Shown here: positions 45,178 through 55,922 of the stretch, in pieces | Numbering within the stretch: the stretch's first letter is position 1 | How the letters are laid out: each line of letters begins with the position of its first letter | Translations under genes and position numbers: made by a program | Notes under the pieces: generated by a model | The model's input: only the letters and a program-made list of their open reading frames with translations | Databases searched by the model: none | Told to the model about the DNA's origin: nothing | Assembly: GCA_045837725.1 (NCBI GenBank) | Contig: JBEWZL010000257.1 | Location: forward strand, 186,001-250,000 | Length of the DNA: 64,000 nt | Origin: Vermamoeba vermiformis | Taxonomy: Eukaryota | Direction of reading: 5' to 3'

Positions 45178-45282
45178 ATATGAGCGGAGAATAGCATCAA
45201 AATCTCTTTTGTAAATAAATCAACTGCGAATTAACTCGAGGAGCGGACAGGTACAATAACAGCGCTATTTATAGCTCACTTT

Positions 45283-46662
45283 TTACAACTTGAGACCCAT
45301 CTCTTCGAAGGCAATCTTTCGCTCTTCAAGCAGTTCTTGTGCCGTCAAGTCCATCTTTTGGCGCGAGAAGTTGTCAATGCTGAGTCCTTGCACAATCTTC
45401 CACTCGCCGTTGTGGCACGAGACTGGGTACGAGTACACGAGACCCTTGGGCACGTTGTAGCTGCCGTCAGACACCACTGCCATAGAGACCCACTCGCCCT
45501 AATCACTGATGGTTAGTACGACAATATTGGAACTAATGGCACGTGACACATACAGCAGGAGTGCCCAAGAACCAGTCGCGCACGTGATCGACAATGGCAC
45601 GTGCAGCTGAAAGAGCGCTGCTCTGACCTCGCGCGTCCAAGATAGCAGCACCACGCTTTTGAATCTTCGTCACGAATTCAGTGTTGAGATAGGTGTCGTC
45701 ATTGAGCACGCGACGAATGGCCAAACGAGGTTCATTGGGCTGAAGTGTCAATCAGTATACTTTCTATATTAGGAGAATTCTGGATATACCTTCGCGAGTA
45801 CGGCGTGATTGACATCAGGGTACTGCGTGGCCGAGTGATTGCCCCAAATAGTGACGCCCTTCACAGAGGAGGGTGCTACGTGCAGTTGATTGGCCAATGA
45901 GCCCACAGCGCGGTTGTGATCCAAGCGAGTGAGTGCCGAGAAGTTTTTGGCGGGAATATTCGGTGCAAACTGTTGCGCCAAGAGACAGTTGGTGTTGGCA
46001 GGATTACCGACAACAAGGACCTAGTTAATAGCAATAGTTAGCTCACTGTAATAGTAATATTATGGAGGTCAGGTACCTTGACATTACGTGAAGCAAAATC
46101 ATTGAGGGCTTGGCCTTGAGCCTTGAAAATCTTGCCGTTTTGAGACAACAAGTCCTTGCGCTCCATACCCGGCTTTCTTGGGAAAGCTCCGACGAGGATA
46201 GCGACATCTACGTCTTTGAAACCAACTTTGGGATCTGAAGTGGCCACAATGCCCTCAAGGAGTTCAAAGGCACCATCTTCTAATTCCATAACGACGCCTG
46301 TATTATAATCATTTAGTAAATTTATATTGAATTTTTATTTTAATTTTGTTGCGTCTCGGTGAATTATTGAAAATTTCTGCTGCAAGGCTTTATATAATTG
46401 TGCGATACGAACCCTTGAGTGCTTTCTCGGCTTGTGGAATTTCTAACAAATGCAAAATGACTTTGCGATTGGGGCCGAACATTTGACCGCTGGCGATCAG
46501 CGGCAACAAAGCGTAGCCGATCTGACCAGCAGCACCAGTGACAACTACACGAAGAGTCTTTTGAGAGTCTACACCACCCGTTGGTTGCACAGTCAAGTCA
46601 GCGGCGGCTTGAGATTGAGCGAGGTGTGAAGTCAAGACTTGGATGCGACGATTGGCTTGCAT
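45283..46662 (-). CDS. Malate dehydrogenase (MDH1/cytosolic-type fold) with N-terminal PTS2 peroxisomal signal, 5 exons
   Basis: [67 protein letters not shown]-terminal RIQVLTSHL. Confidence 0.96.
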
Positions 46663-47455
46663 TGCGGACTAATATTATGATATGGCTTTATAGTATACAG
46701 AAGTGAAGGCTATTGAAAATGAACGAAACATTTCGCGAGCCATTTTACTCAGGCACGTGCTAAACTGGTGTACCAATTTAAATCACTCTTTAAAGCTGTA
46801 ATGCTCAAATCTCGTTACATCGTGGCTGGACAGCTCTTGCCTTAAGTAAAGATTAATTTTAACCGGCATAAAAGAAAGATATCTCGAGAGGTCCGACTAG
46901 ATCTAAATATGGTTATTCTTAGTTCATGCGCCCGGCACGAGTGGGTGTCTCAGATTGAGCATAATTAGCACTCCTACTCCCTTCGGTGCTTAAACAGAGT
47001 TCTATGTGTTGTTACTTAGCTCCCGGTATCGTGTCGATCCGATTTCAAACCTTTGAATCCAGCTGAATAAGCATACTGAACACAACTGCACTACAATCTT
47101 TGCTAATTGATGGTCTATTGTTGGCAATTTAAATACCTCCCTAAAATTGCCTCAATCTGTATTCACCGGAGATTTGCTGCGTATCTTCAGTAAATTTGAA
47201 ATCAGGTAAAAATCTTTTTCGATTTTGTGATCCTGTTGAAATTGAAAAATACCGCTGTGTCTGTAAATAGCACTTAGTATTCGCCTTTTTACTCCACCGA
47301 ACTGGACCTCGCAAACTTATTTGTACTGTACAAATCCGCAATTTATTCACAAAAAAAAACTACTATCTAGCCTCTACTACAAAATTGGTTAGAAATAGTG
47401 TTGCTGCACTGTATACTACACTACTACGCCATTGCTGGCTGAATGGGGTGGGTTG

Positions 47456-48661
47456 TTATTGGGTGGTAATGAATCTGGGTGAGCTCGAACCATCGCGCGT
47501 AGACTCCATAGACATGGGATAGTTATAAGTCTCGCTGCAGGTTGTTGTCATATTAATGGGTTGTTGAAAGAGGACCACTAACGGCACCTTGTTGGGTGCT
47601 TGACAGCTTACAACATCCGAAGTTGCAGGTCTTTCTACGAGATTATTGATGCCCAATCGAGTGCTCGTTGGTGCAGCTAATGTGGTGTTCTTCGGTGTAA
47701 TGCTCGTGGTGAATTTGACTGGCATAAAGCCTTGTTTCTTCAATTGCTCGTCGCGATGTATCTCAGTATCCAGGGTTGAGAGAATGTTTGCAATGCTCTT
47801 GCGACGTTGAGTGCCTGGTGAGTCAGGTCGCGGTACATTTGAGTTGGCGGCAGAACTATTGGATATGGCAGTCTTAATGACCGGCAACGAAGGAGCCGAC
47901 TGAGGCGAAGAGGGCACTGATTTGCTCTCCGATGATGATGTATCGCAGCTAAGGTCGGAACTCTTTCTCTTCTGCTTTTGTCTATACTTCTAAAGTCGGA
48001 ATAGTTCGGTTAATTAATGTTCAAAACTGATCAGATCAATTTCGCAAATGACAACACAAAAAAAAAAGATACGATACGATTCTCATTTAATGATTTCAAG
48101 GAATAGGAACACATGCGTAAAAGCGCTCAAGCTTTGGCGAAACTTACTTGCAAGTGGCTGGCAACGTGCTCTCGAGTGAGTCCTTCAACGTTCATATACC
48201 GCAAAATCAATGTTGGGACAGCTATAGAGAAATTGACATTAGTACGATGACCCAATAATATGGTACAAGCAAGTATCGGCAATAAAGGGTCGTCAGATCA
48301 ACATTGAATAACGCCAAATAAGGAAAGATTCATCCGTGAAGGGGAGATTAACGGGAGATAAAGATTTTTGATATGAAGACGTGTGCGAGTGCAAAATACT
48401 TGCAAAATTGTATCATAAATTGTGAAGTAAATCGAATTAGATCCGATTCCGAAACATTACTGAAGTAGCATGAGGAACTGGAAAGACATTTTTACCTTTG
48501 TCACCGAGCGCGGCAAGTGCTTTTTTGAACTTTGTGTGCAGAGCTTTGTCCCAAACCAAGCGGTTTGAGACGGACCTCTTCACGAGAGAGACGTCGTTCT
48601 CCATCTTATAGCGCCATCGCTTGTCGTTGCTATGTGTCGAGTCGATCTGCATCTCAGACAT
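47456..48661 (-). CDS. GARP/G2-like MYB (SHAQKY-class) transcription factor, 3 exons
   Basis: Spliced reading RLVWDKALHTKFKKALAALGDK / AVPTLILRYMNVEGLTREHVASHLQ / KYRQKQKR is a canonical GARP DNA-binding domain, followed by an S/P/T-rich tail. Confidence 0.92.
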
Positions 48662-49917
48662 TGATAGTAATGTACAATAGTATTAACAAAGATATATATA
48701 CAATAGAAAAGCCTGAAAGGCTGAAAGTTTAGTGACGCGTGGTCGTCTGTGTAGGAAAAAAGATTGAATGGGTTTTGTGAAGTTTGTCGCTTTTTATTTT
48801 TTCGGCCGATGATTCTTCCGCAAAACTAAAACACGTGATGTATCCGCCGATGAGCGCACAAATATTAATGCACCGAACATAGACATTTCCCACGTGAGGC
48901 TTTATCATCTCATACTATTTGAAAGTTGGATTCTATGTTTGCCTCTTTATAAAGCTGATCTCCGATAAAGGATCGAGATCTAGTCTTGTAAATTGCTATT
49001 TTGAATTTTGCCTCACTTTTCAATGAGATATGCCTTTATTTTTCTATATCGCAACCATGGTAGACGACCGGTCCACTTGCTGTCGCAGGACGGTCCGATG
49101 AGAATCTTTGTAGTGTCGATCTGTCCGCAATATCTTTTTGGAATGCATTTAGAAGCATAACCGAACATGAATACGGGCCGTGGGAAGATACTCTCCATTT
49201 AATATAAACTTCTTGTGTGCTGATAATTGACTTTTAAGGTCATTCACAACGATTAATTAACACAGACACGGAATTACCGCAATGCCCATAAGTCGGGTTA
49301 AGTACCCAACACAAATCCTCGGGCCCAAAATCTTTTCGGACGACACTTTTGGCACGCGATTTTTGAGTACCAGAGAATCCAAACTATTTCATAGTTTAGT
49401 GCAGCAGATCTCGTTAAATCGCTGCAATGGCAATATCAATCGCGCTACTTGATTGCCAACTATTAAAATTATTAGTATATCGGCATTTGTATGGGTTTTA
49501 TACCGATTGTAACACGCAATAAATAGTGAATTAATGTTTCATTGAAACAAACACTGAACTGTCATTCGTCATTCGAGATCGAACTTCGGAGCTCAATGAA
49601 ACTGAACACAAGCGGTTTTAACTTACCATTTCACCCATGCAAGATAACATATCGGCGTAAAAGGAACTGGCACTGCGAGCGCGGAGGAGTTGACATCCGG
49701 GTGATCCAAGCAGAGCGAGTTTGATGAACTTGTTTGTACCACTAGGTAACTAATGTCGATGAACGTATTAGCAACGGGACGTATTTCGTAAATACGCAAA
49801 GTGTCATCAAAGTGACGAGCGGATTTTGCCGAGCAGATATTAAATTTCCTTATTAGGCTAAAATTTAATTTAACGATTTAGATTTACCGAATCTTTTGGT
49901 CGCCTTTCTTCGGAGTA

Positions 49918-50855
49918 TCAGCTGTCATGCAGCTCGTCGAGTGCACTAACCAACTCTTGCAAGTCGGTTGGGATTGAGCATTTCAGACCTCGTTTCAATC
50001 GCGTTTTCAGCATGGCCTGCAGTCGTTTGAGCTCATCGCCAGTGGGCAGAGCTATGTTGTCTTCAACGTAGTGCTCTACTATTCTTCTAACTTGCTCCGC
50101 TGGTGCTTCGCCGTCGACGATCAGTACGTCGTCCCTGTCACGAAGAGGTTTGTTGTACTTGACGTAATGTGGCCACAACAGCTCTTCAAAGTACTTGACA
50201 GGCACTGCTTTAGTTCGCATGCGCCGTTCAAAGCAAGTCTGTTTGCTGATGCTCAAAAACACCTTCTTGTCGAATAACGCGCAGAGTGTTGGCCGCTGGA
50301 AGAGCAAAAAGCCCTCTACGATGATATAATGTGGTTTGTTATATGCTTTGGTCTTTTTGATTTTCTTTTCTAACGTCTTTTTAGCTTGGATAATATCTTC
50401 TTCGAGTTTTGCTGAATCTAGAGCTTCAGGACATTCCTAAAGCCTATTGTTATTAACTCGAACATGATATGAGCAATTTCATACCCAGTTTTCATATTTA
50501 GTCTTCTTGTGGATGGGGAGGTCTGTCTAACGGTAATTTCAGTGTGCGAGCACAAGCACAAATAATTATCGTTTAAATAATTTTACCTTGAAGTATACAT
50601 CCTGGCAAAATACAGTGCCCACTCCGAGGTCGTACTTCTCACTAAAAGCTCGGATTAACGAACTTTTGCCGCTAAAATTTGTAAGTAAATATTTTTTTAT
50701 TGCCGGTTATTTAATCGAGAATAATTTGGAATTACTTGTTATGAATTATAATTAAAATAATCTGCAATAGGTAAACTCATTAAATATTATTACCTGCGTG
50801 TCGCTCCAGCAATACCGACTATAATGATATTAATATTTTTCTTAGTCTCTGCCAT
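49918..50855 (-). CDS. Nicotinamide riboside kinase / uridine kinase-like P-loop kinase, multi-exon
   Basis: IVGIAGATR/SGKSSL, CQDVYFK, NW/ECPEALD, IIVEGFLLF, CFERR...YFEELLWPHY. The NWxxPEALD and YFxxxxWPxY motifs favour NRK. Confidence 0.82.
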
Positions 50856-51238
50856 TTTTGTTTACGAATTCTGCAGGTCGCGCAGTGTTCTTCCTCTGCG
50901 TGTTGCAGTCAACATTGATTCGAATGACACGTGTTTCATGAACTGCTTGCAATTCATCAAATAGACTCGTAATTAACTGCTGGCAACTCTAGTACTGGTC
51001 CCAGGTAGTGTTCAATAATACTACGCGTTTACTCATGTGCACCGCAATGGTACGAGCCGCGTGTAAGAATTTGCGCGGTATATTTTCGAGGTCGCAATAT
51101 CACAATAATATCAGTAATAGTCGCATTCAGTATTTAACGATTTATTTTTGTACAGGTACTCAAATGAAGCGCCGCTGAGACATCTTCACTCAAGGTAATT
51201 AAATTAAATTCGCAGTTATTCGATAGTGTTCGACAGCA

Positions 51239-52829
51239 TTACAGCTTGCTGTTGTGGTGGAATTGTTGTTCTTCAGTGGAGCCCTTGAGCGCAGAAGTCG
51301 AGCTCTGACCACCAGTGATGGTCATCAAAATCTTGTCGAAGTAGCCAGTACCAACTTCGCGTTGATGCTTGGTGGCAGTGTAGCCAGCTTTTTCAGCAGC
51401 GAATTCTTGTTGTTGCAACTCGACGTAAGCAGTCATGCCCTTTTCAGTGTATTTCTTGGCCAAGTCGAAGGTGTAGAAGTTGACGGTGTGCCAGCCAGCG
51501 AGAGTGATGAATTGGAACTTGTAGCCCATGCGACCGAGCTCTTGTTGGAAGGTAGCGATGGTCTTGTCGTCCAAGTGCATCTTCCAGTTGAAAGAAGGCG
51601 AGCAGTTGTAGGCCAACAACTTGCCGGGGAACTTGGCGTGAATGGCTTGAGCGAATTGGCGAGCTTGTTCCATATCGGGCTCAGAGGTCTCGAACCAGAG
51701 CAAGTCGGCGTAAGGAGCATAAGCGAGACCACGGTGAATGGCAGACTCGAGGCCAGCCTTGACGCGGAAGTAGCCTTCAGGAGTGCGCTCAGAGCTCTCG
51801 AGGAACGGACGGTCATAAGGGTCCACATCGCTGGTCATCAATGTGGCACCAAGAGCGTCAGTGCGGGCAATGATGATGGTGGGGGTCTCGAGCACATCAG
51901 TGGCGAGACGAGCACCGATCAAAGTCTTGACGAATTGAGAAGTGGGCACGAGGACCTTACCGCCCAAGTGACCGCACTTCTTTTCAGAGGCGAGTTGATC
52001 TTCAAAGTGAACACCAGCAGCACCAGCTTCAATCATGGCCTTGGTCAACTCAAAACCGTGCAAAGGACCACCGAATCCGGCTTCAGCATCGGCAACGATG
52101 GGCAAGAACCAGTTACGAGGAGGCTTGCCTTCAGATCTAATATGAACAGTAAGTATTGGTTGAAGATATTGCAATTGTTTCTAGAAGATCTGATCGGAAA
52201 AATGCATTACCTGTCGATTTCGTCACCACGCATCATAGCGTTGTTGAGTCTGCGGATCAAGTTGGGCACACTGTTGCTGGGGTAGAGAGATTGATCGGGA
52301 TAAGTGTTCAAGCTCAAGTTGGCATCAGCGGCCACTTGCCAGCCAGACAAGTAGACGGATTTGACGCCAGCCTTGACCATCTGCACAGCTTGGGCACCAG
52401 TCATGGCACCGAATGTGGCAACGTAGGGCTCGGAGTGGAGCAACTTCCACAAGTTCTCAGCGCCAAACTTGGCAATGGAGTACTCGATCTTCAAGGAGGT
52501 GCGCAAGGCAACAACTTCTTCAGGAGTGTAAGGGCGTTGGACACCTAGACGAAGATATTATATTAGTTCTGCAATCTATTTTAGGATTGTTTTTGTTTAA
52601 ACAATTTTGACGTTTTCGTGGGCCCGAATTTCTACGAGTTCCACGCATAAACGTTAGAAAAAATCAACCAGGGCTACTAAACAATTCAGAAACAGCCACA
52701 GAACAGTAGAAACAATCGGGACTGATATCTTGGTCTTAAAGTCGCAGACTGATACTTGCCTTTGTATCGGGGGCTGGTCCATTGTTCCTTCAAAATGCGG
52801 ACTTGTTGTTCGGGAGTGCCTCTCAACAT
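51239..52829 (-). CDS. ICL: Isocitrate lyase, short (AceA-like) form, C-terminal PTS1 SKL, 3 exons
   Basis: [41 protein letters not shown] (catalytic), [25 protein letters not shown]; ends HNSKL*. Confidence 0.98.
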
Positions 52830-53356
52830 ATTTGATTATCTAATACGCAAACATTAGCATAGTTACAGAAAAGATTGAGGAACGATTTGATTTGATTTGA
52901 TCGATACATTACGGAATTAAATAAAAAAGTTTTTTCGATCGAGTTCGAAAGTGTCAAACAAGCGTGGGACTTGACCGCGTACCAGTTGTAAAGTATGGGG
53001 TTAGAACGGGTGTAGACTGCGAGTAGCGTCGCGAGATGTGTTCGTTGCTTGCTAAAAGCTAATTGAATGAATAGGCACGGTGGATCCCGACCGCTTTTTA
53101 CAGCTTCCTCGCCCAGGGCTTTCCAGGGCTCTCCGAAGGAAATCCGCCCAAAATTCGAAGGTTTATTTGCGAGCCAGTGGGAAAAAGTCACAAACCTTAA
53201 CCAAAACAGTCAGTGAAATTATAACTGCGTGAAATTTCAGTGAGTTGAGACTTGCTGCCCGATTATTTGGCAAGCAAGCTTAGGAACGCAATAACAAAAG
53301 AATCTTTCCAGCACTCGTACTCGCGCAACTTAGTTAGAAACTTTGTAACGAACATC
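52830..53356. promoter_or_regulatory. Putative bidirectional promoter shared by ICL and malate synthase
   Basis: 527 nt between divergent start codons (52829 on -, 53357 on +). Confidence 0.6.
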
Positions 53357-55821
53357 ATGAATACGAACAGAACACCCGTTGGAGTTAGCGTTCTCGGACA
53401 ACGCAATGCTGATGCAGAGAAGATCTTGACGCCAGGTGCTTTAGAGTTCTTGGCTCAATTGCACCGCAACTTTGGCATGCGCCGATTGAAGTTGTTGAAG
53501 GCCCGCAGCAATCGTCTCAAGAGGTAAACAATTAATTTCTGTTGGTGAAGGCACCGCAATTAATTTTTTTATACTTGCCTAGTATTGGATACAATCATTA
53601 ATATGATACCTAATTGTTTCCGTATTTATTTAAAATTTTGGTTGCGGAAATGGGTCCGGTGCAGGATCTGTTTCAAAAAAACAATTACTGATTCACAAAA
53701 CCCTTAACTAAACAAATACCATTGCTTCAGACTTCAAGAAGGTGTCGAGGTATTGGACTTTTTGCCTCAAACAAAGCAAATCCGCAACAACCCTCACTGG
53801 CGCGTGGCTCCCGCACCAAAGGATCTGGACAAACGATGGGTTGAAATTACTGGCCCCGTCGACCGCAAAATGGTAATTGTGACGTGATTCGCTCATGCCG
53901 TTCAGTATTAATTTTGACACTTATGCACTAATTGGGACCGCGGATCAGATCTTGTATTTACTGAACTGATTTCCTGAACAAATCTGATTCAATACCACAT
54001 TATACACGCATCGGTAGAGCACGACCGAATTTCCTATTGAAATCACTCGACTGTGCAGAGTGCAATCAAGTTTTTCAATTTAGAAATAACATTTTGAATT
54101 CGACCGAGTTTTCTTCGCGATCAAGTGCGATGCACTGACCGATATATATCATATTAATGCTTAATTACCACTATTTCTATTAGTTGACATCGAGTTTATG
54201 TTATTTGGTGACTGATCAAGTTCGCAGGTCATCAACGCGTTGAACTCTGGTGCCGACTGCTTTATGGCTGATTTTGAGGACAGTTTGACTCCTCGATGGT
54301 AAGTCATATTAAATATGTCTTATCCGAGCCTAGCGCTTCTATTTCTTGTGGGTTACGGATTTGCTCTTGGGTTTTTTAGAAGAACCGACGATTAAACGCA
54401 GTACCAACAGTAAATCTAATTATATCGATTAGGGACAAGCTGCTTAATGGCCAAGTTAACCTTATGGACGCGGTGCGAAGAAAAATTGAGTTTGCCAAGT
54501 AAGCGGATCCGCTCCATTCAATTGCACTCGACTAATCGCGATTATTATTATAGTCCTGATGGCAAGAAGTACATCTTGAAGTCCGACAGCAAGACCACTT
54601 TGATTGTGCGTCCTCGTGGCTGGCACTTGAACGAGAGATTCTTGCGTAAGTGCTGCAGATCTGACTCGCGCACCTCAATGCACAAATTACGCCTAATTTT
54701 AATAATTATTATTCATATCTAATATGCTCGTTATTGCAGTGGTCGATGGCCAGCCAATGTCAGGCAGTTTGTTCGACTTCGGGCTCTACTTCTACCACAA
54801 CGCCAAAGAATTGTTGTCGCGCGGCTCAGGACCTTATTTCTACTTGCCTAAAATGGAAAGTCACTTGGAGGCTCGTCTCTGGAACAACGTCTTCAACTTC
54901 GCTCAGGACTACATGGACATTCCTCGCGGCACCATTCGCGCGACAGTGTTGATTGAGACACTGCCTGCTGCCTTTGAAATGGAAGAAATTCTGTACGAGC
55001 TGCGTGACCACGCCGCTGGTCTCAATGCTGGTCGCTGGGACTACATCTTCAGCGCCATCAAGAAGAGCTACTGGAACAACAAGACCATTCTGCCTGACCG
55101 CGCTCAAGTCACGATGACTGTGCCCTTCATGCGCTCTTATGTCCTCGCCATGGTCGCTACTTGCCATCGCCGCGGAGCTCACGCCATTGGTGGCATGTCC
55201 GCAGTCATTCCTTCAGGCGAGAACAAAGAAGTGTTCGACAAGGTGCGCGCTGACAAAGAGCGTGAGGTGAATGACGGTTGTGATGGCTCGTGGGTCGCTC
55301 ACCCTGGTCTCGTGGACACTGTGCGCAAGGTGTTCGAGGCCAAGTTGGGCACCAAGAACAATCAAAAGGACAGACTTCGCGAGGACGTTAAAGTTACCGC
55401 GGAACAACTGCGCAACGTTGGTGTAACGGACGGCAAGATCACTGAGGCAGGCATGCGCATGAACATCGATGTCGCCTTGCAATATTTGAACTCGTGGTTG
55501 CTCGGCAACGGCGCTGCTGCCATTCACGGACTGATGGAAGACGCAGCCACCGCTGAGATTTCGCGTACTCAGATTTGGCAGTGGATCTATCACGCTTCCA
55601 AGCTCGATGACGGTCGCACGATCACTCGCGACTTGTACCGCAAGATGATGGAAGAAGAGTACCGCAGATTGACGCAAAATGTCAAGGCGGGCAACAGATT
55701 CAAGGACGCCGCAGAGATTTTGAACAATTTGATCTTGCGCGACGACCTCGTTGACTTCTTGACCCTCCCTGCCTACGACTACTTGTCTGACGGTGTTACG
55801 TCCCTCACTTCCAAGTTGTAA
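53357..55821 (+). CDS. Malate synthase (type A, AceB-like), C-terminal PTS1 SKL, multi-exon
   Basis: [26 protein letters not shown] / INALNSGA...[62 protein letters not shown]; ends TSKL*. Confidence 0.98.
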
Positions 55822-55922
55822 TTTTCTATATCTAGTGTAGATAAACTTTCCATTGTATTCAGAGCTTCGATAACATTATTTATTCGCGCAAAAAAAGAAA
55901 TACAGTAATTATCAAGGGAGTC

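Noticed and set aside
47141-47350. Short minus-strand ORF resembling a mitochondrial presequence upstream of MDH (possible alternative first exon)
   Set aside because: Starts at GTG, has no in-frame ATG, and I could not build a convincing splice into MDH; would need transcript data.
51254-52285. 343-aa antisense ORF over ICL (similarly 7361-8278, 11016-11867, 24452-25264, 4054-4791)
   Set aside because: All lie opposite confidently identified genes and read as reverse-frame shadows.
53078-53095. CGG...CCG word in the ICL/MS spacer as a yeast CSRE-like element
   Set aside because: Single short degenerate match, expected by chance; no Zn-cluster regulator visible in the window.
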